Below are positions 40,041 through 51,900 of a stretch of DNA of 64,000 bases, in pieces (positions within the stretch are counted from its first letter, which is position 1; each line of letters opens with the position of its first letter). The position numbers were made by a program, and so were the translations under genes. This DNA is from Geopsychrobacteraceae bacterium. Lineage in GTDB: Bacteria; Desulfobacterota; Desulfuromonadia; Desulfuromonadales; Geopsychrobacteraceae. Under the pieces are notes generated by a model that saw only the letters and a program-made list of their open reading frames with translations, ran no database searches and was not told where the DNA came from. The stretch is taken from contig OY759353.1 in the NCBI GenBank assembly GCA_963662315.1, positions 1,920,001-1,984,000 on the forward strand, read 5' to 3'.

Positions 40041-40700
40041 ATGAACGCGCAAAGGAATAAAAGTACCGATTACAGCGTTGGAGAAGAAATTGCCAACAGC
40101 ATCACCCATGGCATTGGCGTGTTGCTGGCAATCATCGGACTGGTTGCGATGATGATAACTGCCGGAAAGTACGGGACGGCTTCACACATCGTCAGCTCCA
40201 GCATTTTTGGCGCTACGCTGATTCTGTTGTACCTGGCGTCAACCCTTTACCACAGCATTCCTGGTGTGCGCGTCAAACAGATCCTGAAAACCATCGATCA
40301 TTCAGCTATTTTTCTGTTGATTGCCGGAAGCTATACACCGTTTGTCTTGGTCTCTTTGCGTGGTGCCTGGGGCTGGTCGCTCTTCGGCACGATCTGGGGA
40401 CTGGCCATTGCAGGAATTGTTATTCAGCTGACCCCGCTGGCCAAAATCAAAGTCCTTTCGGTGGGACTTTACCTGGCTATGGGTTGGGTAGCGATCATTG
40501 CCGTCAAACCAATGGTGGCTGCATTGAACATGTCGGGGTTTACCCTGCTGCTATTGGGCGGCATCACCTATTCCATCGGTGTTATCTTTTATGCCTGGAA
40601 AAAGCTCCCTTACGGCCATGCTATCTGGCACCTGTTCGTTCTGGGCGGCAGCATCTTCCATTTTTTCACGGTTTATTATTACGTTATTCCGCATTCATGA
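40041..40700 (+). CDS. hemolysin III/PAQR family membrane protein (TrhA/YqfA-like)
   Basis: EEIANSITHG, STLYH, DHSAIFLLIAGSYTP, HAIWHLFVLGG. Confidence 0.93.
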   Translation: MNAQRNKSTDYSVGEEIANSITHGIGVLLAIIGLVAMMITAGKYGTASHIVSSSIFGATLILLYLASTLYHSIPGVRVKQILKTIDHSAIFLLIAGSYTPFVLVSLRGAWGWSLFGTIWGLAIAGIVIQLTPLAKIKVLSVGLYLAMGWVAIIAVKPMVAALNMSGFTLLLLGGITYSIGVIFYAWKKLPYGHAIWHLFVLGGSIFHFFTVYYYVIPHS

Positions 40701-40757
40701 CGTCTATCTGCATAGCTTTCATGCTTACAGCCAGCTTCTCTCTTAACGAACGATTGT

Positions 40758-42851
40758 TTAATCTAGGAGCTCAAAATCAATTCGCCGACGTACTGTATCA
40801 ACCTTGGCGACCACCACTTCAACCCGCATGCCAACTTTGAACTCTTTGCGCCGGCGCTCACCGATCAAGGCATGCCGTAGAGAGTCATAATGGTAATAAT
40901 CCCCTTCCAGACTACGCACATGAACCAGACCGTCGATAAGGGTGTCATCAAGTTCGACGAAGAAACCGAATTCTGTCACCGAAGAGATGGTACCGTAAAA
41001 CAGCTGACCAACCCGTCCGGCCATAATCTGGCAGCAACGCAACTGAATCAGATCACGCTCGGCCTGAACTGCGCGGCGTTCGGCATCGGAACACTGCTGG
41101 CCTAAAACCTTCAGTTCTGCATATTTATAGGATTCCTGCTTCGGCCGGCCGGCGAGAACCAGCTTCAGCACCCGATGAACCGTCAGATCAGGATAACGCC
41201 GAATGGGCGAGGTAAAGTGGCAATAACAGTCTGCGGCCAGACCGAAGTGACCATTGTTATCCGGAGCATAACAAGCCTGCTGCAGACTGCGTAGCAGCTG
41301 TTGATTAATCAGCCGCCCTTCCGGCCTCTCAGCAACTTCAGCCAACAGATCCTGCAGTACCTTATGCAAATTTTTTCCAATCACCAGCCCGACGCCGCAC
41401 TCAGCCGCCAATTGCTGCAACTCCTGCAACTTGACCAATTCCGGAGCTTCATGAATACGGAACAACAAGGGCCACTCTTTCTCACTTAGAAAACGAGCGA
41501 CAGCTTCATTGGCCGCCAGCATGAACTCCTCAATCATGCGGTGCGCCTGATTGCGCTGGATAGGAGCTAGATCAACCGGATGCCCCTCATCATTAAACAA
41601 AATTTCAACTTCTGGGACATCAAGGTCCAGACTGCCGCGCTGCTGCCGCATATCCGTGAGAATTGCGGCCAGTTCCGCCATCGATCGCAGTTGTTGCTGC
41701 AACTGTAGGTCAAGAGCAGATGACCCAGTATTGTCGAGACAAGCAGCAACTTCGGTGTAGGTCAATCGGGCATGGCTGCACATGACCGCCGGGTAAAAAT
41801 CAGCTGCGACAGTTGCGCCATTAGAGTCAATAACTACCTCTGCGGTCATGACCAATCGATCTTCATGAGGATTCAGTGAGCAGATACCATTGCTCAGCTG
41901 TTCCGGAAGCATGGGCAGACAATAGGAAGGGAAATAGACACTGGTACCGCGCTCCTGCGCATCAACATCAACAGGAGATCCAAGAGTTACATAGTGGGCC
42001 ACATCGGCGATACAAACCCACAGGCGGTAGTTTCCATCAGCTTCTTTACGAACCGCAACAGCATCATCAAAATCACGTGCCGTTTCACCATCGATGGTAA
42101 CCAGCGGGAGCTGGCGAAGATCTGTCCTCCCGGTTATGCTGTCTGGGCCGACCTGTTGTGGAACCTGATTCGCATGCTCCAGCGCTGCAGAAGAAAACTG
42201 ATGGGGCAGATGATGGATACGGATGACCGTCTCGATATCAACCTGCGGATCGTCAGCCAGGCCAAGAGTTTCCGTAATCTGACCGGATGCTGGCACATCG
42301 CCGCTGCCGTAACGCTCGATACACACCTGAACGACACTCCCCGCTACAACATCCTTGCTTTTTCCAATCATAATTGGACCCCGGATATGTTTCTCCAGCG
42401 GCCAAACCAAACTGCGACCGGAACGCTTTTGTAAGGTCCCAAGCACACTCACATGAGCACGTTCCACAATGCGGATGATCTTACCGTAAGGACGTCGATC
42501 ATAGGAAGACACTCCGCAGCTGGCAACAACCCGATCACCATTCATGGCGCTGCTGACGAAACGAGCAGGAACAAACAAATCCTCAAGCTCCTGATTATCG
42601 GGTCGGATAAACCCGTAACCCTGTTCCGCCAGAGAAAAAATCCCCTCCAATGTGCGGGTCTGTTTTTTGATGCGATACTGCCCACGCCTCTCATCCAGCT
42701 GGTCACTGGCAACCAGTTGATCAAGAATCTTGGTCAGTATTTTTCGCTCGCCACCCCGCAATTCAAGACGATCAGCGATTTCCCTGCGGGTCAGGTTGCT
42801 ATTACGTCGCTGGTTAAGCAGCGCGATAATTCTCTGTTCAAAAGGATGCAT
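40758..42851 (-). CDS. rnr: ribonuclease R
   Basis: N-terminal HTH and CSDs, VTIDGETARDFDDA, RGTSVYFP, CSLNP, IEEFMLAAN, HFTSPIRRYPDL, C-terminal S1 domain. Confidence 0.95.
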   Translation of the reverse strand: MHPFEQRIIALLNQRRNSNLTRREIADRLELRGGERKILTKILDQLVASDQLDERRGQYRIKKQTRTLEGIFSLAEQGYGFIRPDNQELEDLFVPARFVSSAMNGDRVVASCGVSSYDRRPYGKIIRIVERAHVSVLGTLQKRSGRSLVWPLEKHIRGPIMIGKSKDVVAGSVVQVCIERYGSGDVPASGQITETLGLADDPQVDIETVIRIHHLPHQFSSAALEHANQVPQQVGPDSITGRTDLRQLPLVTIDGETARDFDDAVAVRKEADGNYRLWVCIADVAHYVTLGSPVDVDAQERGTSVYFPSYCLPMLPEQLSNGICSLNPHEDRLVMTAEVVIDSNGATVAADFYPAVMCSHARLTYTEVAACLDNTGSSALDLQLQQQLRSMAELAAILTDMRQQRGSLDLDVPEVEILFNDEGHPVDLAPIQRNQAHRMIEEFMLAANEAVARFLSEKEWPLLFRIHEAPELVKLQELQQLAAECGVGLVIGKNLHKVLQDLLAEVAERPEGRLINQQLLRSLQQACYAPDNNGHFGLAADCYCHFTSPIRRYPDLTVHRVLKLVLAGRPKQESYKYAELKVLGQQCSDAERRAVQAERDLIQLRCCQIMAGRVGQLFYGTISSVTEFGFFVELDDTLIDGLVHVRSLEGDYYHYDSLRHALIGERRRKEFKVGMRVEVVVAKVDTVRRRIDFELLD

Positions 42852-42910
42852 AAAAACTGTAGCTTTCTATAAAATGCTGGCGTCACCATTGAAAAAACAG
42901 CCGTGGGATA

Positions 42911-43348
42911 TCAACCCAGGTGCTGTAACGTCCATTGAACAATAGCGCTTGAACTAAGAGCGCCACTTTGACGGGCCACTTCCATGCCGTTGCGAAACAG
43001 TACCAGCGTGGGAATCGAGCGAATATTATAACGTCCGCCGATTACACCATCCTGCTCAGTATTCAGCTTGGCCAGTCGCACGCGTGGTTCCAGCCGCCCG
43101 GCGGCTTCGGCAAACGCCGGTCCCATCATCTTGCAGGGCCCACACCAGGGCGCCCAGAAATCAACCAGCAGCGGAAGTTCATTTTTCTGCACAAAACGAT
43201 CAAAGTTTGCTGCGCTAAGCTCTACTGGCGTACCGCCAAACAACGGTTTCTTACAGTGTCCACAACGCGGTTGGTCGGTAAGATTTTGCCCAGCGACTCT
43301 ATTGATAGTCCCGCACGCGGGACAAATAATATGGATTGCGGCACCCAT
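42911..43348 (-). CDS. trxC: thioredoxin 2 (Zn-finger thioredoxin)
   Basis: CPACG...CGHCK zinc finger plus DFWAPWCGPC. Confidence 0.93.
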   Translation of the reverse strand: MGAAIHIICPACGTINRVAGQNLTDQPRCGHCKKPLFGGTPVELSAANFDRFVQKNELPLLVDFWAPWCGPCKMMGPAFAEAAGRLEPRVRLAKLNTEQDGVIGGRYNIRSIPTLVLFRNGMEVARQSGALSSSAIVQWTLQHLG

Positions 43349-43530
43349 AGGACTCTCTCTTAACAAGTAGAATTATGAGATCGATATAAACAATTAAATA
43401 AACCATCTCAAAGGATACATCAGTCACAGGTGATATGCTATATTTGACTGAAATTAGTAATATTTGAAAAAACTGGCACCTTTTGCCAGATCTCTGCCAT
43501 TTTGCTTGCAAAAAAAGGAGACGGTTGGCT

Positions 43531-44172
43531 ATGTTCTGTCGTTATGCTTCAGCAAAAATCTGCTGCTGTGTATTTATCACCTGCGCTGTTCTTAGTTCGC
43601 TTGCTTATGCTCAGGAGTCATCAACACTGAATCATCCACCCAGCATATCAGAAATCAATTTAGCCAATCCTCAGATTCATAAAGGAATCGACATTGAACT
43701 TCAACCTGTTGCTACAGATCAGGAAGAAGATCCGATCTCTTTTACATACCAGTGGTTTATCAACGGAGTTGAAGTTCCTGACAACAACACAGCTGTTCTT
43801 CCTCGGGACCTCTTTAGTCGTGAGGACAGAATCGCAGTTATGATTACCCCGAGTGATGGGAAGGATACCGGCCCAACTTTCACAACCAAAGAATTCGCGA
43901 TTCCCAATGCACCACCACATCTCTCTACAGCTAAAGCACCAGCATTTGACGGTTCCACGCTTGAGTATCAAGTTGAAGCCAGTGATCCCGATGGCGACCG
44001 GTTAAGCTACTCAATATCCGGTGCTCCGGAAGGGATGACAATAGATTCACGAAGCGGGATGCTCAGCTATGTCAGAAAGCCCGGAGACCAGGGCACCTAC
44101 AATATTGATATTATTATTAGTGACAACCTTGGTGGAGTAACAACAGCGTCTTTTACCCTGACGTTAAATTAA
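43531..44172 (+). CDS. secreted protein with two Ig/cadherin-like domains
   Basis: Signal peptide ending AYA; NHPPSI...DQEEDPISFTYQWFING and NAPP...ASDPDGDRLSYSISGAPEGMTID; AAGGAG RBS. Confidence 0.8.
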   Translation: MFCRYASAKICCCVFITCAVLSSLAYAQESSTLNHPPSISEINLANPQIHKGIDIELQPVATDQEEDPISFTYQWFINGVEVPDNNTAVLPRDLFSREDRIAVMITPSDGKDTGPTFTTKEFAIPNAPPHLSTAKAPAFDGSTLEYQVEASDPDGDRLSYSISGAPEGMTIDSRSGMLSYVRKPGDQGTYNIDIIISDNLGGVTTASFTLTLN

Positions 44173-44300
44173 CTGGCTTAAAATTATACTGTCATAGTTA
44201 TTTATATGTCGCCGTGCGTTCGAGTAAAGACAAGTTCTCTGTATCAGGAGAATACGGAACCAGCATATGTTTCAGATAAAAACCCGAGATAGGAACAACC

Positions 44301-46142
44301 GTGAGAATGCCCCCCCTGCCAACAGATAACAATCCACCACCAAAGCGGTTACTCGACCTTTTTCGTTACAGCCAACGGGCTCTGGGCCTGGTGTGGTCAA
44401 CCAGTGCCAGACTGACGATTGTGTTTGCCCTGCTGACCCTGGTGGTCGGGGTGCTCCCGGCAGCTGTTGCCTGGATAGGCAAACTTATCGTTGATGGTGT
44501 TGTCGCGGCGATGACTCTGCACCAGCAAAGCGGAGCCGTAGATACCAGCGCCGTGCTGTTTTACGTTATCTATGAAGCCGGAATTGTTTCTCTGATTGCC
44601 GGCGGTCACCGCGGTATATCCGTGTGTCAAGCTCTGCTGAGAGCTCTGATGGCGCAGAAAATCAACTTGATGATTCTCGAAAAGGCTCAGCAGCTGAGCC
44701 TCAGGCAATTCGAAGATTCTGAATTTTACGACAAGCTGACCCGTGCCCGACGGGAGGCATCCACCCGGCCATTGAGTCTGGTAACCGGAACCTTTGGCCT
44801 GGTCCAGAATGCAATCTCCCTGGTCAGCTACGCGGTCCTGCTTATTCAATTTTCGCCAATAACCGTAGGCATCTTGATTATCGGTGGCATTCCTGAATTT
44901 CTGGCTGAAGCCAAATTCTCCGGGGACAAGTTCCGACTGTTCCGTTTTCGTTCGCCGGAAACACGTATGCAACTCTACCTGGAAACGGTTCTCGCCCGCG
45001 AAGATTACGTCAAAGAAGTCAAACTGTTCCAGTTGGCGGACCGCTTACTACGCCGCTATACGGATATTTTTTCCCGTCTGTACGCTGAAGATCGTCGCCT
45101 GACACTGCGCCGCGATTTGTGGGGTTTCATTTTCGGCCTACTCGGAAACGTCGCCTTTTACGGTGCCTATGCCTGGATTGCCATTGCGGCTATCCAGGGA
45201 GAGATCAGCCTGGGCCAGATGACCATGTACCTGCTGCTGTTCAAACAGGGACAATCAGCCGTCTCCGCAAGCCTGAAAGCGATCAGTAGCATGTATGAAG
45301 ACAATCTTTACCTGTCGAACCTTTATGAATACCTCGAACAGCCTGTTCCCGCCGAACAGGGGACCCTGAAGGTCGGTCCTCTGCCAGGGGACGGAGTCCG
45401 TTTTGAAGATGTTTCATTTCGCTATCCCGATAGTGAACAGGCCGCTCTGCAACAGGTCAATCTTCGCCTGAAACCGGGGGAAAGCCTGGCTCTGGTCGGA
45501 GAAAACGGTTCAGGGAAAACGACCTTGATTAAACTGCTCACCCGCCTCTACCAACCCAGTTCAGGCCGGATTCTCCTTGATGGACTGGATCTGCGGGAAT
45601 GGGACAGCCAGACCCTGCGTGAACGTATCGGGGTTATTTTTCAGGATTTCGGCCGCTACCAGTTCCTGGTTGGTGAAAATATCGGTGCGGGCGATGCCCA
45701 GCATTTTGAGGATCGCGCCGCCTGGCGGGAAGCCGCTCACAAAGGAATGGCCGACGAATTTATCGATCACCTTCCCCAACAGTATGAAACCCAGCTCGGC
45801 AAATGGTTTAAAGGGGGACGGGAATTATCCGGTGGTCAGTGGCAGAAGATCGCTCTGGCCCGCGCCTTCATGCGCACTAAAGCCGATATTCTGGTTCTTG
45901 ATGAACCGACAGCCGCCATGGACGCTGCGGCAGAAGCGACCATTTTTTCCTATTTCCGGGAGTTGAGCAAAGGGAAAATGACCATTCTCATATCCCACCG
46001 TTTCTCAACGGTACGTATGGCTGATCAGATTATTGTCATTGACCAGGGGCAGATTATTGAACACGGCAATCATGACCAGCTCATGGCCCGGGATGGTCAA
46101 TATGCCCATCTTTTTTCGTTACAGGCCAAAGGATATCAATAA
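44301..46142 (+). CDS. ABC transporter, fused permease/ATPase
   Basis: TM N-terminal half; GENGSGKT, IFQD, LSGGQWQ, LVLDEPT, ISHRFST. Confidence 0.93.
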   Translation: MRMPPLPTDNNPPPKRLLDLFRYSQRALGLVWSTSARLTIVFALLTLVVGVLPAAVAWIGKLIVDGVVAAMTLHQQSGAVDTSAVLFYVIYEAGIVSLIAGGHRGISVCQALLRALMAQKINLMILEKAQQLSLRQFEDSEFYDKLTRARREASTRPLSLVTGTFGLVQNAISLVSYAVLLIQFSPITVGILIIGGIPEFLAEAKFSGDKFRLFRFRSPETRMQLYLETVLAREDYVKEVKLFQLADRLLRRYTDIFSRLYAEDRRLTLRRDLWGFIFGLLGNVAFYGAYAWIAIAAIQGEISLGQMTMYLLLFKQGQSAVSASLKAISSMYEDNLYLSNLYEYLEQPVPAEQGTLKVGPLPGDGVRFEDVSFRYPDSEQAALQQVNLRLKPGESLALVGENGSGKTTLIKLLTRLYQPSSGRILLDGLDLREWDSQTLRERIGVIFQDFGRYQFLVGENIGAGDAQHFEDRAAWREAAHKGMADEFIDHLPQQYETQLGKWFKGGRELSGGQWQKIALARAFMRTKADILVLDEPTAAMDAAAEATIFSYFRELSKGKMTILISHRFSTVRMADQIIVIDQGQIIEHGNHDQLMARDGQYAHLFSLQAKGYQ

Positions 46143-46289
46143 CATTTTCGAGAGCTTGAAATAGGCCTTATCATAGCACCCCAAAAATAATTCACCCCGC
46201 TAAAATGGATATTGCCAAACGCTGCAAGTTGCCCTAATCTCACGCAAACTCCTATCATTTGGCGGGCTATGATGATCTTTGCAATGCGC

Positions 46290-47786
46290 ATGACCTTCAC
46301 ACGTCGACCAGGCATTCCATGCGGATGTCCTCCATTCCGCATAGCGATCATGCTGATTATTCTGGCGACGCTTGTCTCCTGTTCTCCGGTCGGACCTGAC
46401 TATATTCATCCTGAACCAGCGGTTCTTACTGCATATAGCGTCCAGACAGCCCCTGTCCAGGACATCCTCAGCGCCACAGAACTGGTCTCCTGGTGGCAGC
46501 TCTGTCACGATGAACTGCTGACCAGCCTGATTGTCCAGGCGCTGGAAAACAACTCTGATCTCAGAATTGCCGAACTGCGGATTCGCCAATCCCGGGCTGA
46601 ATACCGCATGGCAACAGCCAACCAAGCTCCTGGCATTGATACAAAAGGGTCATACACCTCAAGTCGCCGCAGTGAAAATATCCTCGGCAGCACCAGAGGA
46701 ACAACCCAGGAACTGTTTGACCTCAACCTGGATGTCGCCTGGGAACCGGATTTGTTCGGTGCCATTCGCCGTACAGCAGAACAGGCTGAGGCCCTGCTTG
46801 ACGCCGTGCGGGAAAACCGCAACGCCGTTCAGGTAGCCTTACTCGCAGATATCGCCTTGAACTATTTCGAACTCAGGGGGAACCAACAGCTCCTGCAAAC
46901 CAGCCTCGCCAACATTCGGGTTCAGGAAGAGACCCTGGCCCTGGCAACCGGCCTGCTGCAAAGTGGTTTAGGTAACCGGCTTGACGTTGCACAGGCCCAA
47001 ACCCAGGTCGACCTGAGCCGCTCACGTTTACCGGCTCTGCACAATAACATCGACCAAACCACCTTCCGGCTGGCGCTGCTGGTTGGCATCGCACCATCTC
47101 AGCTCCCCCGGAACCTGCAAACACTGAAAGACCTCCCGGTTCTGCCCACCCAACTACCACAGCTGCTGCCTACTGAGCTGGTCCGCCGCCGCCCGGATAT
47201 CCGCCAGGCAGAGCAACAGTTAATTGCCGCCAATGCGGCAATTGGTGTTGCCATAGCTGACCTTTACCCCAGAATCTCATTGTCTGCAGTTCTCGGGTTG
47301 CAAAGTATTCACCTCACCGATCTGCTCCAGTTCGGCAGCCGCTACTGGAACGCCGGTCCAACTATCAACTGGTCACTATTTGATGGTGGCAGAATCCGCG
47401 CCAATATTGAACGGCAACGAGCAGCTTCCGCCAGCGCTGAAGAACGTTACCGCCAGGTGGTCATCACAGCCCTGAACGAAGTTGAACGCGCGGCAACTGA
47501 ATTACACCATGAACAAAATACTTACCAGGCTTTGGAAAAAGCCAAGGCAACCGCAGTGAATGCAGTCGACCTTGCGACAGGCCGCTATCGCAGTGGCCTG
47601 ACCGATCTTTCCGAAGTGCTGGGGAGTGAGCGGACCCTGTTTCAGCTGCAGGAACAACTCATTACCAGTCACCGGAAACTGGCTGCAGATACGGTGCTAC
47701 TTTATAAAGCATTCGGGGGTGGCTGGTCTGTTCCCAACGTTCCCAACGTCCCCCACGTCACCCCGACAGAGGATCATCCGAAATGA
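46290..47786 (+). CDS. RND efflux outer-membrane lipoprotein (NodT/OprM family); start uncertain
   Basis: LVSC lipobox, WWQL..DELL..LIVQALENNSDLR, WEPDLFG, RRPDIRQAE, LYKAFGGGW. Confidence 0.9.
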   Translation: MTFTRRPGIPCGCPPFRIAIMLIILATLVSCSPVGPDYIHPEPAVLTAYSVQTAPVQDILSATELVSWWQLCHDELLTSLIVQALENNSDLRIAELRIRQSRAEYRMATANQAPGIDTKGSYTSSRRSENILGSTRGTTQELFDLNLDVAWEPDLFGAIRRTAEQAEALLDAVRENRNAVQVALLADIALNYFELRGNQQLLQTSLANIRVQEETLALATGLLQSGLGNRLDVAQAQTQVDLSRSRLPALHNNIDQTTFRLALLVGIAPSQLPRNLQTLKDLPVLPTQLPQLLPTELVRRRPDIRQAEQQLIAANAAIGVAIADLYPRISLSAVLGLQSIHLTDLLQFGSRYWNAGPTINWSLFDGGRIRANIERQRAASASAEERYRQVVITALNEVERAATELHHEQNTYQALEKAKATAVNAVDLATGRYRSGLTDLSEVLGSERTLFQLQEQLITSHRKLAADTVLLYKAFGGGWSVPNVPNVPHVTPTEDHPK

Positions 47787-48946
47787 CACATCCATCGCTG
47801 GCAAAACCATTCTGGTCCATTCAGATACTGATCATTGTGCTGAGCATATGGCTTCCCCTGTCCGGCTGTTCCACAACGGAAAAGGAATCTCAGGACCCTG
47901 GGAAAAAAACTGCTGGCCGAGCTGTGGCCGTTTCCACAGCGACTGCGACCAAAGCCGATGTCCCCGTTGAATTAACCACGGTCGGTAGCGTTGAGCCCTA
48001 CGCGGCAGTCGCCGTAAAAACCCAGGTGACAGGTATTCTGCAGAACGTCGCCTTCCGTGAAGGGCAGCAAGTCAAAAAGGGCGACATCCTGTTTACCATC
48101 GACAAACGCCCCTTTGCGGCCCGCGTTGCCCAGGCAGAAGCAACCCTGGCGAAGAATCAGGCAGCCCTGGCTAATGCCCGCCGACAGGCACAACGTTATC
48201 AAAGCGCCGTTGCCAGTGGTTATGTCTCCAGTGAGCAGGCCGACCAAGCCCAGACCAGTGTCGCGACCCTGCAGGCGACTGTTCTTGCCGATGAAGCAGC
48301 AATCACCAATGCCCGGATTGATCTGGACAATTGTATTATTCGTGCGCCGATCAGTGGCTACACCGGAGCGCTGATGGTCGACGAGGGGAACCTGGTGAAA
48401 GCGTCATCAGAACAGTCCCTGGTAACGATTAATCAGCTCACGCCGGTAAAAGTCAGCTTCACCCTCCCGGAGCAGCATCTCGCCGAAATCAGAAGGCGTA
48501 TCGAGACACAGGAGCTGACCCCCCAAATTACCAATCCGCAGCAACCGGAGCAGATATTGACAGGGAAAGTTTCCTTTTTCGATAATAGCGTCGATCCTCA
48601 AACAGGAACAATCAGGCTGAAAGCAGATTTCCCCAATAGCCGCCAGGAACTCTGGCCCGGGCAATTTTTGCCCGTCATCATCCGCCTCACTATCATGGAA
48701 AACGTCACGATCGTCCCTACCCGTGCCGTACAAAGCGGGCTGAGCGGTTATTATGCCTTTATCATCAATAAAGACCAGAAAGCCGAACTGCGTCAGGTTG
48801 AAATTGTTTTCAGCAATCAGGACGTGTCTGTCGTTGCGGCGGGAGTGCAGGAGGGGGAAGTGGTGGTCACCGACGGTCAGCTACGGCTGCGTGCCGGTGC
48901 GATGGTTAAAATTGTTGAAACCGATCAGAAGGAGAGCCGGCAGTGA
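47783..48946 (+). CDS. RND periplasmic adaptor (MdtA-like)
   Basis: EGQQVKKGDILFTID, IRAPISG, VDPQTGTIRLKA, LWPGQF. Confidence 0.92.
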   Translation: MTHPSLAKPFWSIQILIIVLSIWLPLSGCSTTEKESQDPGKKTAGRAVAVSTATATKADVPVELTTVGSVEPYAAVAVKTQVTGILQNVAFREGQQVKKGDILFTIDKRPFAARVAQAEATLAKNQAALANARRQAQRYQSAVASGYVSSEQADQAQTSVATLQATVLADEAAITNARIDLDNCIIRAPISGYTGALMVDEGNLVKASSEQSLVTINQLTPVKVSFTLPEQHLAEIRRRIETQELTPQITNPQQPEQILTGKVSFFDNSVDPQTGTIRLKADFPNSRQELWPGQFLPVIIRLTIMENVTIVPTRAVQSGLSGYYAFIINKDQKAELRQVEIVFSNQDVSVVAAGVQEGEVVVTDGQLRLRAGAMVKIVETDQKESRQ

Positions 48947-51900
48947 ACATATCGGCTCTTTTCATCCGCCGTCCGGTCATGACCAGTCTGGTCATGCTGG
49001 CGATCATGATTTTTGGTGCCTTTTCTTACAACCTATTGGCGGTCAACGATCTGCCTAATATTGATTTTCCGACCATTCAGGTCAGTGCCAGGCTCCCCGG
49101 GGCAAGCCCGGAAACCATGGCCAGTGCTGTAGCTACACCACTGGAAAGGCAGCTGTCGACCATTGCGGGAATCGACGCTCTCAGTTCAACCAATGGTGAA
49201 GGATCAACCATTATCACCATCCAGTTTGCCATGGAACGGGATATTGACGCTGCCGCCCAGGACGTTCAGGCCGCTGTTTCACAAGCCGCGCGGCGACTCC
49301 CCAAGGAGATGACCTCGCCGCCCTCGGTTCGTAAGGTCAATCCTGCAGCATCATCGATTCTCTACCTGGCTTTAAGTTCCAAGTCGATGGCTCTGTCGGA
49401 TGTCTTTGAATACGCTGACACGACCATCGTTCCGCGCATTTCCATGGTTAATGGTGTCGCCCAGGTCAATGTCTACGGTTCACAGAAATTCGCTGTGCGT
49501 ATCGGCCTCGATCCACTCAAACTGGCAAGTCTGAATATCGGCGTCAACGAGGTGGAAAAAGCCCTCGGTGGCTGGAATGTCAACCTGCCAACAGGTGGGT
49601 TGGAAGGCAAAAGTCAGTCCTATACCATTCAGGTCAGCGGCCAGCTGTATAATGCTGAAGCATTCAAGCAAGTGGTCATCGCCTATCGCAACCAGGCCCC
49701 GATCCGTCTGCAAGATGTTGCTACCGTTGAAAACAGTGTCGAGAACAATCGCGTTGCGGCCTGGTTTTATACCAAACAGAGTACTGATCGTGCCGTCATC
49801 CTGGCGATTCAGCGCCAGCCTGGCACCAACACCATTGCCGTAGTCGACCGCATCAGAAGTCTGTTTCCTGATTTGCAAAGACAACTTCCCGGCGGCGTAG
49901 AATTGCAGCTAATGTACGACCGTTCCGGCTCGATCAGAGAGTCGGTGGCCGAGGTCAAATTCACCCTGATCCTGACGGTCTGCCTGGTTATTATGGTGAT
50001 ATTCCTGTTTCTGCGCAATCTGCCGGCCACCGTCATTCCCAGCCTGGCCCTCCCCTTGTCGGTAGTTGGCACCTTTGCCGCCATGTACCTGCTCGACTTT
50101 TCCATCAACAACATCACGCTGATGGCCCTCACCCTGTCGATCGGTTTTGTTGTCGATGACGCCATCGTCATGCTGGAGAATATTATCCGTCATATGGAGC
50201 ACGGCACGCCATCCCGTGAGGCCGCCTTTAAGGGGTCCCGAGAGATAGGTTTTACCATTTTATCCATGACCATCTCCCTGGTTGCCGTCTTTATCCCGGT
50301 CCTGTTTATGGCCGGCATGCTGGCCCGCATGCTGCACGAGTTTGCCGTTACCATTTCCGTGGCCATTCTCATTTCAGGATTTGTTTCCCTGACCCTGACT
50401 CCGATGCTGTGCAGCCGCTTTCTGAAACCCTACTCAGACAAAAAGCACGGATTCCTCTACAACCTGATGGAACGCTTCTTTGCCGGCTGGCTGCGCCTGT
50501 ATGAATTATCGCTGAATCGAATCCTGCGCTGGCGACGTACCATTCTGATTCTGACTATCCTGCTGACCATCCTGACCGTCTGGATGTTTACCCGCATACC
50601 CACCGGCCTCTTCCCCCCGGATGACACGGGTTCCTTACGGGCCAGTACCGAGGGTACCCAGGGGGTATCTTTTGAAGAGATGAAACGCAATCAGGCCTTA
50701 CTGGCCGATATCATCATTCAGGATCCGGATGTTGAAGCTTTCATGTCCTCAGTTGGTGCTGCCGGATCGCGGGTTGGCTCCAACACCGGCTTTCTGTTTA
50801 TCAGGCTCAAAGAACGACAGAACCGGAAGGCCAATGCCGACCAGATTATTCAACGGTTACGTCCTAAGCTTAACGGTATTCCCGGTATTCGGATTTTTCT
50901 GCAGAACCCGCCGCCCATCCGCCTTGAGAGTAAACGCTCCAAGGCCCAGTACCAGTTTGTCATGCAGAGCCCTGACACGGCCGACCTGTACTCCAGGGCT
51001 GCTGAATTTGAAGACAAGTTGCGGGACATACCATTGCTGCAGGATGTCAATTCAGATCTCGAAATCAAAAGTCCGCAGCTGAATCTTCAGATTGATCGTG
51101 ACCGTGCAGCCATCCTCGGTGTCAGTGCCGAGCAGATTGAAACAACGCTCTATTCGGCGTTTGGGTCACGACAGATTTCGACCATTTATACCGATACCAA
51201 CCAGTACCAGGTGATTATGGAATTGCAGCCTCAATACCAGACCGATTCAGGCTCTCTTGAGCTGCTTTACGTCAGGGCCAGTAGCGATGAACTGGTACCA
51301 CTAACAACACTGGTCCATATTACCAGTGGGCTGGGACCGTTATCGGTCAATCACGAAGGTCAGATTACCGCCGTGACCTTCTCTTTCGATCTGCGGCCAG
51401 GGGTTCCGCTAAGTGAAGCAGTCACTGCCATCGAGGACCTCGCCCGCAGCCTGCCTGCCTCTTTCACGACCGGATTTCAGGGTGCCGCCCAGGTTTATCA
51501 GGCATCAACCAAAGGGCTGGCACTGTTGTTGATTCTATCAATCGTCGTCATTTATATCGTGCTGGGGATTCTTTACGAAAGCTACATTCATCCCCTGACC
51601 ATTTTGTCTGGATTACCAGCCGCCGGGTTTGGCGCATTACTGACCCTGATGCTTTTTAAAACCGAACTGAATCTGTATGCGTTTGTTGGTATTATTATGC
51701 TGGTCGGAATTGTCAAAAAAAATGCGATTATGATGATCGATTTCGCTCTTGAGGCGCAACGCAAGGACGGACTGGCTCCTTTGGAGGCGATTTACCGTGG
51801 CTGTCTGATCCGTTTTCGCCCCATTATGATGACAACCATGGCCGCGCTGGCCGGAACCTTGCCAATCGCCATCGGCATTGGTGCCGGAGCAGAATCACGC

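Noticed and set aside
43474..43509. TGGCAC...TTGC sigma54-like sequence before the Ig-domain gene
   Set aside because: Plus-strand GG-to-GC spacing is wrong; the minus-strand match is weak; only a short TGGCA/TGCCA inverted repeat is certain
47733..47759. Three imperfect 9-bp tandem units encoding PNVPNVPHV
   Set aside because: In-frame low-complexity tail of the outer-membrane factor; no sign of phase variation
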